Part shown: positions 10,835 to 23,608 of the stretch, piece by piece
Layout of the letters: the number at the start of each line of letters is the position of its first letter
How positions within the stretch are numbered: position 1 is the first letter of the stretch
NCBI GenBank assembly: GCA_964611725.1
Contig: CAZTBA010000002.1
Location: 1-52,987 of the forward strand
Length of the DNA stretch: 52,987 bases
Source: an uncultured bacterium
GTDB lineage: Bacteria > Latescibacterota > CAZTBA01
Direction: 5' to 3'
Made by a program: the position numbers and the translations under genes
Notes under the pieces: model-generated
Told to the model about the DNA's origin: nothing
Database searches by the model: none
Seen by the model: the letters and a program-made list of their open reading frames with translations, nothing else

Positions 10835-11143
10835 TTATAGCTTGATTTCCAGATCCACACCCGCCGGCAGATCAAGTTTGGTAAGTGCATCTATCGTCTG
10901 CGGCGTACAATCATAGATATCAACAAGCCTTTTATGAACCCTCATCTCGAACTGCTCCCTCGATTTCTTGTCAACATGAGGGGATCTGAGAACGGTATAC
11001 AAAGTCCTTTTGGTCGGAAGCGGGATCGGACCCGAAACCCTTGCCCCCGTCCTCTTGGCAGTCCTCACTATCTCATCCGCAGAGCGATCAAGGACCATAT
11101 GGTCGTAAGCTTTCAGTCTTATTCGTATCTTCTGCCCCGGCAT
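10835..11143 (-). CDS. rpsJ: 30S ribosomal protein S10
   Basis: [29 protein letters not shown]. Confidence 0.99.
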   Translation of the reverse strand: MPGQKIRIRLKAYDHMVLDRSADEIVRTAKRTGARVSGPIPLPTKRTLYTVLRSPHVDKKSREQFEMRVHKRLVDIYDCTPQTIDALTKLDLPAGVDLEIKL

Positions 11144-11171
11144 TATTAAAATAACCCTTTGTTTAAAACCA

Positions 11172-12373
11172 TCCTCTATTCAACAATATCAGTTACGACA
11201 CCAGCGCCTACGGTATTTCCACCTTCCCTTATGGCAAACCTTAATCCTTCTTCCAGAGCGATAGGTGATATAAGCTCCACAACCATGTTGATATTATCAC
11301 CGGGCATCACCATCTCTACTCCCTCAGGAAGACGTATGTCACCTGTCACATCCGTTGTCCTGAAGTAGAACTGTGGCCTGTATCCAGTGAAAAACGGTGT
11401 ATGCCTTCCCCCCTCATCCTTCGTCAATACATACACCTCTGCATTGAACTTCGTATGAGGTGTTATACTGCCTGGCTTCGCTACCACCATCCCCCTGTCC
11501 AACTCCTCCTTCTCCACTCCTCGCAACAGCAATCCCACATTATCTCCAGCTTGTCCCTCATCCAATATCTTGCGGAACATCTCTACTCCGGTCACCACTG
11601 TCTTGCGGATATCACTGCGCAAACCTACTATCTCTACCTCATTACCTGTCTTTATTACACCTCGCTCTATCCTGCCTGTGCCTACCGTACCCCTACCGGT
11701 TATGCTGAACACATCCTCCACCGGCATCAAAAATGGCCTGTCTATATCCCTACTCGGTAAAGGTACATAACTGTCCACTGCTTCCAATAACTCCCATATG
11801 CACTTCCAGGACTCTCCATCCTTATCACTGTTTAAAGCCTCTAAAGCACTTCCCCTTATCACTGGTATCTCATCACCAGGAAACTCATACTCACTCAATA
11901 ACTCCCTTACCTCTAAATCCACTAACTCCAATAACTCCTCGTCATCTACCATGTCCACCTTGTTCATGAACACTACCAAACTCGGCACATTCACCTGACG
12001 CGCCAACAATACATGCTCTCGCGTCTGGGGCATAGGACCATCCGCAGCACTCACCACCAATATCGCTCCATCCATCTGTGCTGCCCCCGTTATCATGTTC
12101 TTTATGTAATCACGATGTCCAGGACAGTCCACATGTGCATAATGACGATTCTCCGTCTGATACTCTATATGAGCTAACTGTATCGTTATCCCTCGCATAC
12201 GCTCCTCTGGCGCCTTGTCTATGTCCTCAAATGGCATATACTCCGCCATGCCCTTAGACGCCAATGCCTTCGTTATCGCACTGGTTAGCGTGCTCTTGCC
12301 GTGATCCACATGACCTATAGTACCTATGTTTACATGTGGCTTCGTGCGCTCAAACTTCTCCTTTGCCATCGGA
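11172..12373. repeat. Direct repeat of about 1.2 kb (tuf), matching 26857-28058
   Basis: Identical protein, identical antisense ORFs, identical wherever compared by eye; identity ends 4 nt outside the CDS at each end. Confidence 0.92.
11176..12369 (-). CDS. tuf: Elongation factor Tu (str-operon copy)
   Basis: [25 protein letters not shown]. Confidence 0.99.
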   Translation of the reverse strand: MAKEKFERTKPHVNIGTIGHVDHGKSTLTSAITKALASKGMAEYMPFEDIDKAPEERMRGITIQLAHIEYQTENRHYAHVDCPGHRDYIKNMITGAAQMDGAILVVSAADGPMPQTREHVLLARQVNVPSLVVFMNKVDMVDDEELLELVDLEVRELLSEYEFPGDEIPVIRGSALEALNSDKDGESWKCIWELLEAVDSYVPLPSRDIDRPFLMPVEDVFSITGRGTVGTGRIERGVIKTGNEVEIVGLRSDIRKTVVTGVEMFRKILDEGQAGDNVGLLLRGVEKEELDRGMVVAKPGSITPHTKFNAEVYVLTKDEGGRHTPFFTGYRPQFYFRTTDVTGDIRLPEGVEMVMPGDNINMVVELISPIALEEGLRFAIREGGNTVGAGVVTDIVE

Positions 12374-12411
12374 CTCTTTACCCCCCTTCAAAAATCGGAG
12401 ATCTGAGATAT

Positions 12412-14505
12412 TTATGCTACAACTTTTGAGAAGCTATCCACACCTATTATCTTCTCAAGAACGTCTTCAGAAACCTCGCTGTACTTCGAGAAATGCATAG
12501 AATATACGGCCCTTCCCTGGGTGAGAGACCTCAGGGTAGTCGCGTATCCGAACATCTCCCTCAAGGGAACCGTAGCCGTTATGACCTGGGCGTCCGGTCT
12601 CGAATGGATCCCGACTATATCGCCTCTCCTCGACTGGAGGTCTCCAAGGACATCGCCCATATATTCCTCGGGGACTATCACCTCCACATCCATTATCGGC
12701 TCTAACAGGATAGGATCGGCCTTGGCCATACCTTCCTGGAAAGCGATGGACCCAGCTATCTTAAAAGCTATCTCTGAAGAGTCGACTTCGTGATAGGATC
12801 CATCGACAAGGCTAACCTTGACATCCTCGACGGGATATCCTGCTAACACTCCACTGGTCATTGCCTCTTTAATCCCTTGAGACACTGCGGGTATATATTC
12901 CTTCGGTATGCTCCCACCGGTCACCTTGTCTTCAAAAATATATCCTGCGCCCGGCTCGGCGGGCTCCATCTCTATAACAACATGGCCATATTGCCCACGC
13001 CCGCCGCTCTGGCGTATGAACTTCCCCTGGCTCCTGAACGGACTTCTTATGGTCTCCCTGTAAGCCACCTGAGGTCTTCCGACATTAGCATGCACCTTGA
13101 ACTCTCTGAGGAGACGATCCACTATTATCTCGAGGTGGAGTTCCCCCATACCGGAGATTACGGTCTGGCCGGTTTCCTTATCGATCAAGACTTTGAAGGT
13201 CGGATCCTCCTCGGCCAGTTTTGCCAAGGCCTCCGAGAGTCCATCTCTGTCAGCTCTGGTTTTGGGCTCTATGGCAACAGTTATGACAGGTTTTTCGAAC
13301 TCCATTGATTCGAGGATTATAGGCTTATTTATAGCACAAAGGGTATCGCCGGTTCCGGTATGCTTCAGTCCAACCATGGCGGCTATATCGCCAGCGTAAA
13401 CCTCGGTCCTATCCTCCCGTTTGTTCGCATGCATCTGGAGTATACGGCCTACCCTTTCCCTCTTTCCCGTGTTCGAGTTATAAACATATGTCCCGGCTTT
13501 GATCACTCCCGAATAAACCCTGAAAAAGCTGAGTTTCCCAACGTACGGGTCGTTCATTATCTTGAAAGCCAACGAGCAGAACGGGGCATCGTCCGAAGTC
13601 TCCCTTACCTCCTCCGTACCCTTGATCGGGTGTTTCCCCTTCACCGGGGGTATATCCAGCGGAGATGGGAGATAATGGATGACTGCATCCATAAGGAGTT
13701 GGACCCCTTTGTTCCTGAAGGCTGCACCGCAGAGGACCGGGAAGATCTCGGCCTTTAATGTACCCTTTCTTATCGCCCTACTTATATACTCGGGTGGTAT
13801 CTCACCCCCCTCGAGATATCTTTCCATAAGGGCATCGTCGTAATCGGCAACCTCTTCGATCATCTTCTCTCTGTATTCGATCACCAGATTCAAAAGATCT
13901 TTTGGAATCTCACCTTCTATGAAAACTGTCCCAAGGCTATCTTCTTGGTATGTCAACGATTTCATTTCGACAAGGTCTATGATCCCCGTGAAGAGGTCGC
14001 CGGAACCCATCGGGATCTGTATCGGCACGAAACCTTTTCCAAGACGGTTCTCCATCATAGATATGACCCTGAAGAAATCGGCACCCGTGCGGTCCATCTT
14101 GTTGACAAAAGCAAGCCTTGGAACGCTATATTTATGAGCCTGACGCCATACGGTTTCCGATTGAGGTTCAACTCCTCCTACGGCGCAGAATATACCTATA
14201 GCGCCATCCAGAACCCTAAGTGATCTCTCCACCTCGGCAGTGAAATCGACATGTCCCGGGGTGTCTATTATGTTTATCCTGTGGTCTTTCCAGAAGCAGG
14301 TTGTCGCTGCCGAAGTTATAGTTATACCCCGCTCCTTCTCCTGCTCCATCCAGTCCATAGTCGCCGCCCCGTCGTCCACTTCACCCATCCTGTGAATCCT
14401 GCCGGTATAGTACAGGATCCTCTCGGTGGTGGTTGTTTTCCCGGCGTCTATATGCGCTATTATTCCGATATTTCTAGTTCTTTCAATTGAATATTTTCTG
14501 GGCAA
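12412..14505 (-). CDS. fusA: Elongation factor G
   Basis: [22 protein letters not shown]; likely start TTG 14505 (MPRKYS) after GAGGT. Confidence 0.99.
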   Translation of the reverse strand: MPRKYSIERTRNIGIIAHIDAGKTTTTERILYYTGRIHRMGEVDDGAATMDWMEQEKERGITITSAATTCFWKDHRINIIDTPGHVDFTAEVERSLRVLDGAIGIFCAVGGVEPQSETVWRQAHKYSVPRLAFVNKMDRTGADFFRVISMMENRLGKGFVPIQIPMGSGDLFTGIIDLVEMKSLTYQEDSLGTVFIEGEIPKDLLNLVIEYREKMIEEVADYDDALMERYLEGGEIPPEYISRAIRKGTLKAEIFPVLCGAAFRNKGVQLLMDAVIHYLPSPLDIPPVKGKHPIKGTEEVRETSDDAPFCSLAFKIMNDPYVGKLSFFRVYSGVIKAGTYVYNSNTGKRERVGRILQMHANKREDRTEVYAGDIAAMVGLKHTGTGDTLCAINKPIILESMEFEKPVITVAIEPKTRADRDGLSEALAKLAEEDPTFKVLIDKETGQTVISGMGELHLEIIVDRLLREFKVHANVGRPQVAYRETIRSPFRSQGKFIRQSGGRGQYGHVVIEMEPAEPGAGYIFEDKVTGGSIPKEYIPAVSQGIKEAMTSGVLAGYPVEDVKVSLVDGSYHEVDSSEIAFKIAGSIAFQEGMAKADPILLEPIMDVEVIVPEEYMGDVLGDLQSRRGDIVGIHSRPDAQVITATVPLREMFGYATTLRSLTQGRAVYSMHFSKYSEVSEDVLEKIIGVDSFSKVVA

Positions 14506-14532
14506 ATCTACCTCATCTCCCAAAACTGAAGA

Positions 14533-15003
14533 TTACCAGCGGTAGTGTGCAAAGGCCTTGTTTGCATCAGCCATCCTGTGCGTATCTTCACGTTTCTTTA
14601 TGGAACTTCCCTCTCCCTTGAAGGCGGAAATTATCTCGCCGGCGAGCCGTTCGGACATGGTTTTCTCATTCCTTGACCTGCAGTAGGATATGAGCCATCT
14701 TATGGCGAGGGCCTGGCGCCTGTCAGCCCTAACCTCCATAGGGACCTGATAGGTAGCCCCGCCGACCCTGCGCGATCTCACTTCGACTACAGGTTTCACA
14801 TTCTCAACAGCCTTATCGAAGACAGGGAGGGGATCCTGGCTCATTCTTTCCTTTATCATATCCATAGCGTTATAGAATATACTCTCGGCCACGCTCTTCT
14901 TTCCGCTGCCCATTATACAGTTCACAAATTTGGTTACCAGAACGCTGTTGTAGACAGGATCTGGAAATGTTTTCTTTTTCTCGACCTTTTTCCTACGGGG
15001 CAT
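14533..15003 (-). CDS. rpsG: 30S ribosomal protein S7
   Basis: [21 protein letters not shown]. Confidence 0.99.
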   Translation of the reverse strand: MPRRKKVEKKKTFPDPVYNSVLVTKFVNCIMGSGKKSVAESIFYNAMDMIKERMSQDPLPVFDKAVENVKPVVEVRSRRVGGATYQVPMEVRADRRQALAIRWLISYCRSRNEKTMSERLAGEIISAFKGEGSSIKKREDTHRMADANKAFAHYRW

Positions 15004-15035
15004 ATTCCTCTCCGATTATGAGCTTTGGATATAAT

Positions 15036-15065
15036 CAGGGCGGGAAGTACTCCTACCCCGCCCTG
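15036..15065 (-). promoter_or_regulatory. GC-rich hairpin in the rpsL-rpsG spacer
   Basis: CAGGGCGGG/CCCGCCCTG perfect 9-bp inverted repeat. Confidence 0.55.
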
Positions 15066-15077
15066 TATAAGAAAAGT

Positions 15078-15452
15078 TCACTTTTTGGACATCTTAGCAC
15101 CATATTTGGAGCGTCCCTGACGCCTTCCCTCCACACCTGCGGTATCAAGTGTACCGCGGATTATGTGGTAACGCACGCCCGGCACGTCCTTTACCCTGCC
15201 GCCCCTGACGAGCACTATATTATGTTCCTGAAGGTTATGTCCCTCACCAGGTATATATGCGGTGACTTCAATCCCGGTAGTAAGGCGGATCCTTGCCACC
15301 TTTCTCAGGGCAGAGTTAGGCTTCTTGGGGTTGGTCGTGTATACTCTCACACAAACGCCCCTTCTCTGAGGACAACTTCTGAGCGCCGGAGCGGACGACC
15401 TGTTCTTAACGGTCTCCCTTCCTCTCCTTATAAGCTGACTTATAGTCGGCAA
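15078..15452 (-). CDS. rpsL: 30S ribosomal protein S12
   Basis: [19 protein letters not shown]; TTG start after AAGGAGG. Confidence 0.99.
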   Translation of the reverse strand: MPTISQLIRRGRETVKNRSSAPALRSCPQRRGVCVRVYTTNPKKPNSALRKVARIRLTTGIEVTAYIPGEGHNLQEHNIVLVRGGRVKDVPGVRYHIIRGTLDTAGVEGRRQGRSKYGAKMSKK

Positions 15453-15500
15453 TTTGGCTTTTCCTCCTTCTAAAAATACCTGGTAAAGGTCAGACCAGAA

Positions 15501-15529
15501 AGTATAATCAATAAGTCAATGTTTGTCAA
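15501..15529 (-). promoter_or_regulatory. Sigma70-type promoter for the str operon
   Basis: Minus strand TTGACA-N17-TATACT upstream of rpsL. Confidence 0.85.
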
Positions 15530-15548
15530 CCCTTTTATTACCTTTTTA

Positions 15549-18500
15549 TCACGAATTTTGAGAGTTATTGTTATCTCCGCCAGCCTTGACAGTGGTGAGG
15601 ATCGGTGTCTCCTCAGGTTTAGCTTCTTCAGCCTCTTCAGCTATGCTTTCCTCGAGGTCCAGTGGCTCTATGGAAACGTCCCTGTAGTGCTTCGCTCCTG
15701 TGCCGGCCGGTATGAGCCTCCCTATGGCTACGTTTTCCTTGAGTCCTCTCAGGGAATCGACCTTCCCCTGTACAGCGGCCTCTGTAAGGATCCTGGTCGT
15801 CTCCTGGAAGGAAGCGGCCGAGATGAAGCTTTCGGTCGTGAGGGAGGCCTTCGTGATACCAAGCAGTATCGGCTGGAAGGTGGCTGGTTCTCCGCCGGCC
15901 TCCAATACCTTACGGTTTTCCTCGGCGAAGCAGAACTTATCTACCTGTTCTCCCTCGAGGAAGTTCGTATCACCCGGATCGACTACCTTGATTTTCTGGA
16001 GCATCTGACGGACTATCACCTCGATATGCTTGTCGTTTATCTTGACTCCATGGAGGCGGTAGACTTCCTGTATCTCGTTCACCAGATACTCTTGTACCCT
16101 ATGCGCACCCAGTATCCTCAATATATCGTGAGGGTTCACCGGTCCTTCGGAGAGCTTATCTCCGGCCCTGACCCTGTCACCCTCGTGAACTCTAAGGTGC
16201 TTACCGTAAGGTATAAGGTACTTCCTCTCTTCGACTACTTTATTCTTCTCACCGTAGCTTGTAACTATAACCTCGCGGGAGCCTCGTACGAAGCCTCCGA
16301 ATCTTACGGTCCCATCTATCTCGGTGACCACAGCGGGTTCTTTGGGTCGTCTCGCTTCGAAAAGCTCTGCTACCCTCGGAAGTCCGCCAGTGATATCCCT
16401 TGTCTTCCTGGCCTCGCGAGGAATCTTGACGAGCAAATCACCGGCTTTCACAGCATCCCCGTCCATGACCAAGAGGCGCGCGCCGACAGGTATCGAGTAG
16501 TAGTGCAGCCTTTCACCCTCAGGGTTCAGTATCTCGATATGAGGGCTAAGCGTCCTGCTGCGGTCCTCAACTATCACCCTCTGCCTCAGACTCGTGGTCT
16601 CATCGAGTTCCTCTCGGACGGTCACACCCTCTTTTATGTCAACGAAGTGAGCTACTCCGTCGCGGTCGGTAACTATAACTATATTGTAGGGATCCCATCT
16701 GCAGATGATGCTCCCGCCGGAGATATCGTCGCCGTCGTTTACTAGCAGCTCAGCTCCGTGAGGGATGGTGTACCTCCCGCGGACCCTGTCCTGATTATCC
16801 AAGAGTTCCAGCTCACCATGTCTGCCGACAACGACAATCCCGCCGGCATCCCCCCGATCAACGTGTTCTATATCCTTATAGCGGACCCTGCCGGTCCTTT
16901 TAGCCTCGATCCTCGCCTGCTCAGCGGCACCGGCGCCCGCCGTTCCACCGATGTGGAAGGTCCTTAAGGTGAGCTGCGTCCCGGGCTCGCCTATACTCTG
17001 GGCAGCTATGACGCCAGCGGCCTCACCGATCTCAACCATCTCTCCTGTAGCCAGGTTTCTACCATAGCATCTTATGCAGACGCCATGTCTCGACTCGCAA
17101 GTCAGGACTGATCTTATCCTCACCTTCTCTATGCCGGAGTCGGCGATCCTGGTTGCCGCTCGCTCGTCGATCTCCTGCGCGGCCTCGATGAGGATATCTC
17201 CAGTTACAGGGTCCTCAATATCGTTGAGGGCGACCCTACCGAGGATCCTCTCTGAAAGAGGCTCTACAATTTCCTCACCCTCCTTGAGTGATTCGATATC
17301 GATCCCAAGGATTGTTCCACAGTCCTCCTCGCTTATGACCGTATCCTGGGCCACATCGACCATCCTCCTGGTAAGGTAACCAGCCTCGGCTGTCTTCAGG
17401 GCTGTGTCGGCAAGGCCCTTCCTCCCACCATGCGTTGAGATAAAGTATTCGAGGGCCGAAAGCCCTTCCTTAAAGTTCGAGGTTATCGGAGTCTCTATTA
17501 TCTCTCCCATGGCACCAACTATTTTCCTCCTCGGCTTCATCATGAGTCCCCTCATGCCGCCGAGCTGGCTTATCTGGTCCATGCTTCCCCTGGCACCTGA
17601 ATCGACCATCATGAAGATCGGATTGAAGCCATCCTGATCATCCTTGAGATCCTCGAACAGGGCCTCGGACACATCGGATGTAATGTGTGACCATACATCT
17701 ATGATCTGGTTGTAACGCTCGCTATCAGTTATAATACCTTTTATGTATTTTCCCCAGACTTCCTCAGCGTTAGCGTTGGCCTTATCTATCATATCCCTCT
17801 TGGAAACGGGTACAACGACATCATCTACCCCGACGGTGAGCCCGGATATCGTAGCATAGTAGTACCCGAGATTCTTAAGCCCATCGACGAATTCCGCGGT
17901 CTTGGTGTTCCCGTACTCCCGATAGATATCGGCCGTCACATCCTGAAGCTTCTTCCGGTCCACCGTTTCGTTGATAAACCCGAGGTCTTCAGGAACTATC
18001 CTGTTGAATATTATCCTTCCCACGCTCGTCTTTATTATATCGCCGTTATACCTGATATTTATCGGGGTATGGAGCCCTACGTACCCATACTCGTAGGCCA
18101 TTGCGACCTCTTCCTCACCCGAGAACATCTTCCCTTCACCCCTTGTATCCCCCTTAAGGAGCTTGGTCAGATAGTAGCATCCGAGCACTATATCCTGGGG
18201 TTTCTCGACCACTATAGGTCTACCATCGGCAGGCCTCAGGAGGTTATTGGTCGACAGCATGAGGACCCTCGCCTCGATCTGTGCCTCGAAGGACAGAGGA
18301 ACATGCACAGCCATCTGATCACCATCGAAGTCAGCATTGAAGGCAGCGCATACCAGGGGATGGATCTTAATGGCCTTTCCCTCAACCAACACCGGCTCGA
18401 ACGCCTGTATCCCAAGGCGGTGCAATGTGGGGGCCCTATTGAGAAGGACACAGTGATCATTTATAACCTCTTCCAGGACATCCCACACTTCGGGGCGCTC

Positions 18501-19691
18501 CCTCTCGACGAGCTTCTTGGCACTCTTCACAGTCTGGGCATATCCCTTTTCCTCAAGTCTCCTTATTATGAAAGGTTTGAAGAGCTCGAGCGCCATGTTT
18601 TTCGGGAGGCCACACTGGTGGAGCTTTAGCTCAGGGCCTACAACTATGACGGACCTCCCGGAATAGTCCACCCTCTTTCCAAGGAGATTCTGGCGGAAAC
18701 GTCCCTGCTTGCCCCTCAGGAGATCACTCAGGGATTTGAGGGCCCTGTTTCCATTTCCTTTGACCGCCCTGGAGCGCCTCCCGTTGTCCAGGAGGGCGTC
18801 GACCGCCTCCTGCAACATCCTTTTCTCATTGCGTAGGATCACATCGGGAGCCTTTATCTCCATAAGTTTCCTGAGCCTGTTGTTACGGTTTATAACCCTC
18901 CGGTAAAGGTCATTGAGGTCGGAGGTGGCGAACCTGCCGCCGTCCAGAGGTATAAGCGGTCTGAGATCAGGCGGTATAACCGGTATCACCTCGAGTACCA
19001 TCCATTCGGGCCTGTTCTTCGAGACCCTGAAAGACTCAACTACCTTGAGTCTCTTCAGGGCCTCCTGCTTCCTCTGCATGGAGGTCTCCATACGCACCTG
19101 AGCCCTGAGTTCAAGGGAGAGCTCTTCTATGTCTATCTCGGCCAGAAGCTTTCTTATAGCTGTTGCTCCCATCTCCGCAACGAAGTTGTATTCCTGCTCC
19201 TTAAGCTCAAGGAGCTGTTCCTCTTCGAGGAGCTCCTTCTTCCGAACTGGAGCGTCCCCGGGATCTATAACTATGTATGACTCGTAATATATGACCCTCT
19301 CCAGATTCCTTATCGAAAGGTCAAGGAGGTAGCCTATCCTACTTGGGATAGACTTGAAGTACCAGATATGTGACACCGGTACGGCGAGCTCTATATGGCC
19401 CATCCTCTCCCTGCGGACCTTGGACTGGGTTACCTCTACCCCGCATCGATCGCATACCACTCCACGGTATCTCATCCTCTTGTACTTTCCGCAGTGGCAT
19501 TCCCAGTCCTTCACAGGCCCAAAGATCCTTTCACAGAAAAGGCCATCCATCTCGGGCTTGAAGGATCTGTAATTTATAGTCTCGGGCTTAGTTACTTCCC
19601 CGTGGGACCATTCCCTTATCTTTTCCGGGGAGGCAAGCTGTATCTTTATAGCGTTAAAACTATTTGGGTTCTTGCTGTTTATTTCATCCAC
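15549..19691 (-). CDS. rpoC: RNA polymerase beta' subunit
   Basis: NADFDGD, Zn finger, [24 protein letters not shown]. Confidence 0.99.
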   Translation of the reverse strand: MDEINSKNPNSFNAIKIQLASPEKIREWSHGEVTKPETINYRSFKPEMDGLFCERIFGPVKDWECHCGKYKRMRYRGVVCDRCGVEVTQSKVRRERMGHIELAVPVSHIWYFKSIPSRIGYLLDLSIRNLERVIYYESYIVIDPGDAPVRKKELLEEEQLLELKEQEYNFVAEMGATAIRKLLAEIDIEELSLELRAQVRMETSMQRKQEALKRLKVVESFRVSKNRPEWMVLEVIPVIPPDLRPLIPLDGGRFATSDLNDLYRRVINRNNRLRKLMEIKAPDVILRNEKRMLQEAVDALLDNGRRSRAVKGNGNRALKSLSDLLRGKQGRFRQNLLGKRVDYSGRSVIVVGPELKLHQCGLPKNMALELFKPFIIRRLEEKGYAQTVKSAKKLVERERPEVWDVLEEVINDHCVLLNRAPTLHRLGIQAFEPVLVEGKAIKIHPLVCAAFNADFDGDQMAVHVPLSFEAQIEARVLMLSTNNLLRPADGRPIVVEKPQDIVLGCYYLTKLLKGDTRGEGKMFSGEEEVAMAYEYGYVGLHTPINIRYNGDIIKTSVGRIIFNRIVPEDLGFINETVDRKKLQDVTADIYREYGNTKTAEFVDGLKNLGYYYATISGLTVGVDDVVVPVSKRDMIDKANANAEEVWGKYIKGIITDSERYNQIIDVWSHITSDVSEALFEDLKDDQDGFNPIFMMVDSGARGSMDQISQLGGMRGLMMKPRRKIVGAMGEIIETPITSNFKEGLSALEYFISTHGGRKGLADTALKTAEAGYLTRRMVDVAQDTVISEEDCGTILGIDIESLKEGEEIVEPLSERILGRVALNDIEDPVTGDILIEAAQEIDERAATRIADSGIEKVRIRSVLTCESRHGVCIRCYGRNLATGEMVEIGEAAGVIAAQSIGEPGTQLTLRTFHIGGTAGAGAAEQARIEAKRTGRVRYKDIEHVDRGDAGGIVVVGRHGELELLDNQDRVRGRYTIPHGAELLVNDGDDISGGSIICRWDPYNIVIVTDRDGVAHFVDIKEGVTVREELDETTSLRQRVIVEDRSRTLSPHIEILNPEGERLHYYSIPVGARLLVMDGDAVKAGDLLVKIPREARKTRDITGGLPRVAELFEARRPKEPAVVTEIDGTVRFGGFVRGSREVIVTSYGEKNKVVEERKYLIPYGKHLRVHEGDRVRAGDKLSEGPVNPHDILRILGAHRVQEYLVNEIQEVYRLHGVKINDKHIEVIVRQMLQKIKVVDPGDTNFLEGEQVDKFCFAEENRKVLEAGGEPATFQPILLGITKASLTTESFISAASFQETTRILTEAAVQGKVDSLRGLKENVAIGRLIPAGTGAKHYRDVSIEPLDLEESIAEEAEEAKPEETPILTTVKAGGDNNNSQNS

Positions 19692-19760
19692 CGAAGATAC
19701 CCCCTCGTAAACGTTTGAGGATCAACTTCAGGCAAAGCTTAATCTAACACAATCCAGGAG

Positions 19761-22700
19761 CTATGTCTCCTCTTCATCTTCGAAAAGATCGACATCCAAA
19801 CAGAGTCCCTGAAGTTCCTTGACCAAAACGTTGAAAGACTCCGGGATACCGGGTTCAGGAGAATTTTCTCCTTTGACTATTGATTCGTATATCTTCGAAC
19901 GGCCGACCACGTCATCTGATTTAACTGTGAGCATTTCCTGAAGGAAATTCGCAGCGCCGTAAGCCTCAAGGGCCCAGACCTCCATTTCCCCAAACCTCTG
20001 TCCCCCGAACTGAGCTTTCCCACCGAGCGGCTGCTGGGTGACCAACGAGTATGGTCCGATAGACCTGGCATGGATCTTATCGGATACCAGGTGAGAGAGC
20101 TTCATCATGTAGATGTAACCGACAGTAACCTCCTTTTCGAAAGGTCTTCCAGTTTGGCCATCGTAAAGTATCGTCTTCCCAGTCTCTGGAAGCCCAGCCT
20201 TCCTGAGCGTCTCCTTGACCTCATCTATGGAAGCACCATCGAAAACGGGTGAGAAGACATAGATACCGAGGTTATGCGCCGCCCATCCGAGATGAGTTTC
20301 AAGGATCTGCCCCAGGTTCATCCTGTTCGGCACCCCGAGAGGATTGAGCACTATGTCCACAGGGGTCCCATCGGGAAGGTAGGGCATATCCTCAACCGGG
20401 ACTACCTTTGCAACTACTCCCTTGTTGCCGTGGCGCCCGGCCAGCTTATCGCCGACCTGGAGTCTTCTTTTCTGAGATATATACACTTTAACAAGCTGGA
20501 GAACGCCGGGAGGAAGCTCATCGCCCCTCTTTACCTTCTCCATCCCTCTCTCCATCTCTTCATGAGCCGAATCTACAAGCTCCTGTGAAAGGTTGATCAG
20601 CCTCTGAACACCGGAGTTAACCCCCTTATCATTGGTCCAACCCATTTCATCAACCGGGCGAATCGTGTCGAAACTCAGGGTCTCCGTAAATTCCTCGCTG
20701 AGTATCTTCCCTCCTTCGATGACTATCCCACCGTTTTCAGTGTCTACAAGGGAGTTCACTTTCGCACCTTTCAGGATCTCCCTTATCCTAAGGTCCCTTT
20801 CGGATTTTATCTTCCTAATCCTATTGTCGGCCTCCTCCCTCAGGAGTGCCACCTGCTCTCTGTCTTTCCTCTTGCTCTTCTCATCCTTCTCCTTTCTGGA
20901 GAAGATATTAGTGTCTATAATGACGCCGTCCATACCCGGGGGTACCTTGAGGCACGCTTCCCTTACATCCCCGGCCTTTTCCCCGAATATTGCCCTGAGG
21001 AGCTTCTCCTCGGGAGAAAGCTCAGTCTCACCCTTCGGCGTGACCTTGCCACCCAATATGTCCCCGGACTTAACCTCAGCGCCTATCCTTATTATTCCAC
21101 TTTCATCAAGGTTCTTAACGGCGTCCTCGCTTACATTCGGAATTTCCCTTGTAAGCTCCTCCGGGCCGCGCTTGGTATCACGGACCTGAAGCTCGAATTC
21201 CTTTATATGTATGGAGGTCATCATATCCTCCTGGACCAGTCTTTCGGAGACGACTATAGCGTCCTCGAAATTGTAACCATGCCAGGGGATGAAGGCAGCC
21301 AGAAGGTTTGTCCCAAGGGAGAGGTCACCCTGGGATGTCGACTGACCATCGGCCAGAACGTCTCCCTTATCCACCCTGTCCCCAACCGATACTAGGGGTT
21401 TCTGGTTTACACAGGTATCCTGATTTGACCTCTTGAACTTCGACAGCTCGTAGACATGCTCGTTAAACAGGTCAAGCTCTCTCCCCGTAGTGCTCCCGTC
21501 GATCTTCACAACAATCTCATCGGCGTTTACCTTGGTGACAACCCCGTCCTCCTTCGCAGTGACAACCGCGCCAGAGTCAACCGCCACCTTGTGCTCTATT
21601 CCCGTCCCTACAAGCGGTGGTTCCGGCCTGAGTAGGGGAACAGCCTGACGTTGCATGTTAGACCCCATAAGGGCACGGTTGGCATCGTCGTGCTCTAAGA
21701 AGGGTATGAGCGCGGCAGAGACGCTGACGAGTTGCATCGGTGAAACATCCATATAGTCCACCTGATCTATCGGAACAGTCAGGAACTCACCGCGCCTGCG
21801 TGCTCTCACGAAGGCGGATTTGAAGGTCCCGTCGGGGTTCAACGGGGCGTTCGCCTGCGCTATGGTATGCCTGTCCTCCTGATCCGCAGTCAGATACTCG
21901 ATCTCGTCGCTAACCCGGCTGTTCTCGACCACACGGTATGGGGTCTCAAGGAACCCGAATTTGTTGACCCGGGCGTAGGTACTGAGGGAAGTTATAAGGC
22001 CTATATTAGGGCCCTCCGGGGTCTCTATCGGGCACATCCTACCATAGTGGGTATGATGCACATCCCTGACCTCAAAGCCGGCCCGACCGCGTGTAAGGCC
22101 ACCGGGGCCGAGCGCACTCAGCCTTCGCTTATGCGTCAGCTCGTCGAGAGGATTGGTCTGCTGCATAAACTGTGAGAGCTGGCTGCTTCCGAAGAACGAA
22201 GCTATGACGGTGGAGATCGTCCTTGCATTCACCAGTTCATGGGGCGTTATGTTCTCCGAATCGCGTAGGCTCATCCTCTCCTTTATCGTTCTGGCCATAC
22301 GTGAGAGGCCCGCACTGAATTGATGAGTTATTAGCTCTCCGACCGTTCTGCAACGGCGGTTTCCGAGGTGGTCTATATCATCTATATAACCATTTCCATT
22401 CCTCAGCCCGATCAGGTACTCTATTATAGCTATGAAGTCCTTTTCATCGAGTACCTTCCTGTCTATCGGGACATCTATATCAAGCCTCTGGTTAATCCTA
22501 TACCTGCCGACATCTCCCAGGTCATACCTCTTAGGATCGAAGAAGAGCCTCTTTATGAGGGCGCGGGCTGTCTCCATGTTCGGAGGATCGCCCGGGCGCA
22601 TAAGGTTGTAGATCCTGGAAAGCGCATCCTCTTCGTTAGTGCAACTATCCTTCCTCAGAGTGTTCTCTATGACGAAGGCCTCTTCCGAATCATCGTGGCG

Positions 22701-23528
22701 TACTATCTTGACCTCTTTCATACCTGATTTTTCGAGGTTGTCGACGTCTACTTCGGAGAGCACCTTGTACTTTCCTATCACCGTCCCGGAGTCCTCGTCC
22801 TCGATCTCATCGAAGATTACATTTCCGATGAGGGATTTGTCGACTTTAACAGACTCTATAGTATGGAAGAGGGAAATCATATCTTCGTCGCTCGAAAAAC
22901 CTAGTGCCCTGAGAAGCGTAGTTACGGGGATCTTTCTTTTTCGATCTATATGGACGTACATCGCATCGTTTACATCCATGCTGAACTCTATCCAGGAACC
23001 GTGGTGATAGGGTATTATCCTGGCGGAGTAAAGCCTTTTGCCATTCGGATGTACGGTCTCATCGAAGAAGACACCCGGAGAGCGGTGGAGCTGGCTTACG
23101 ACAACCCTCTCAGCGCCATTTATTGTGAACGTTCCCCTATCGGTCATAAGGGGAAATTCACCCAAGAAGACTGTCTGCTCTATGCTCTCCTTGAAATCTC
23201 CTCCCTTTTCCTCACGGATGTTCAGCCTGAGCTTCGCCCTCAGTGGGGCGGCATAGGTCATATCCCTTTCCTTGCACTCCCTCTCGCTATACTCAGGCTT
23301 CCCGAGTGAATATTCAACAAATTCCAGGGAATAAAGGCCGTGCACATCCGCTATAGGGAATATGCCGTCGAAAACGGCCTGCAAACCCTGTTTTTTCCTC
23401 TCCTCCGGTGGCGCATCCGCCTGCAGAAAGTCATCGTAAGACTCTCTCTGGATGGCCAGCAGGTCCGGCAGCTCCAGTACCTTCCTGAGCTTGCCGTATG
23501 ATCTCCTCTCAAGGATTCCTTTCTTCAA
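19761..23528 (-). CDS. rpoB: RNA polymerase beta subunit
   Basis: [26 protein letters not shown]. Confidence 0.99.
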   Translation of the reverse strand: MKKGILERRSYGKLRKVLELPDLLAIQRESYDDFLQADAPPEERKKQGLQAVFDGIFPIADVHGLYSLEFVEYSLGKPEYSERECKERDMTYAAPLRAKLRLNIREEKGGDFKESIEQTVFLGEFPLMTDRGTFTINGAERVVVSQLHRSPGVFFDETVHPNGKRLYSARIIPYHHGSWIEFSMDVNDAMYVHIDRKRKIPVTTLLRALGFSSDEDMISLFHTIESVKVDKSLIGNVIFDEIEDEDSGTVIGKYKVLSEVDVDNLEKSGMKEVKIVRHDDSEEAFVIENTLRKDSCTNEEDALSRIYNLMRPGDPPNMETARALIKRLFFDPKRYDLGDVGRYRINQRLDIDVPIDRKVLDEKDFIAIIEYLIGLRNGNGYIDDIDHLGNRRCRTVGELITHQFSAGLSRMARTIKERMSLRDSENITPHELVNARTISTVIASFFGSSQLSQFMQQTNPLDELTHKRRLSALGPGGLTRGRAGFEVRDVHHTHYGRMCPIETPEGPNIGLITSLSTYARVNKFGFLETPYRVVENSRVSDEIEYLTADQEDRHTIAQANAPLNPDGTFKSAFVRARRRGEFLTVPIDQVDYMDVSPMQLVSVSAALIPFLEHDDANRALMGSNMQRQAVPLLRPEPPLVGTGIEHKVAVDSGAVVTAKEDGVVTKVNADEIVVKIDGSTTGRELDLFNEHVYELSKFKRSNQDTCVNQKPLVSVGDRVDKGDVLADGQSTSQGDLSLGTNLLAAFIPWHGYNFEDAIVVSERLVQEDMMTSIHIKEFELQVRDTKRGPEELTREIPNVSEDAVKNLDESGIIRIGAEVKSGDILGGKVTPKGETELSPEEKLLRAIFGEKAGDVREACLKVPPGMDGVIIDTNIFSRKEKDEKSKRKDREQVALLREEADNRIRKIKSERDLRIREILKGAKVNSLVDTENGGIVIEGGKILSEEFTETLSFDTIRPVDEMGWTNDKGVNSGVQRLINLSQELVDSAHEEMERGMEKVKRGDELPPGVLQLVKVYISQKRRLQVGDKLAGRHGNKGVVAKVVPVEDMPYLPDGTPVDIVLNPLGVPNRMNLGQILETHLGWAAHNLGIYVFSPVFDGASIDEVKETLRKAGLPETGKTILYDGQTGRPFEKEVTVGYIYMMKLSHLVSDKIHARSIGPYSLVTQQPLGGKAQFGGQRFGEMEVWALEAYGAANFLQEMLTVKSDDVVGRSKIYESIVKGENSPEPGIPESFNVLVKELQGLCLDVDLFEDEEET

Positions 23529-23570
23529 AGGGACCTCACGCTCCTGTAAAGTTTAAAGTTCCCTGACAAG

Positions 23571-23597
23571 AGGCACCGGGATGAAACTCCCGCGCCT
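23571..23597 (-). terminator. Imperfect hairpin between rplL and rpoB (possible attenuator)
   Basis: mRNA AGGCGCGGGA...UCCCGGUGCCU; weak U-tract; same position as the E. coli rplL-rpoB attenuator. Confidence 0.35.
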
Positions 23598-23608
23598 GAA
23601 AAAGCTGA

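Noticed and set aside
10801-10890. Extended N-termini given in the ORF track (rplC; also rplW, rplF, rplL, rpmD)
   Set aside because: They overlap upstream genes or lack an RBS; conserved starts lie downstream
15519-16745. 408-aa plus-strand ORF and many other antisense ORFs over core genes
   Set aside because: Shadow frames of rpoC, rpoB, fusA and r-protein genes
15549-23528. Inteins, introns or an rpoB-rpoC fusion
   Set aside because: Normal lengths, separate stops, no splicing motifs seen
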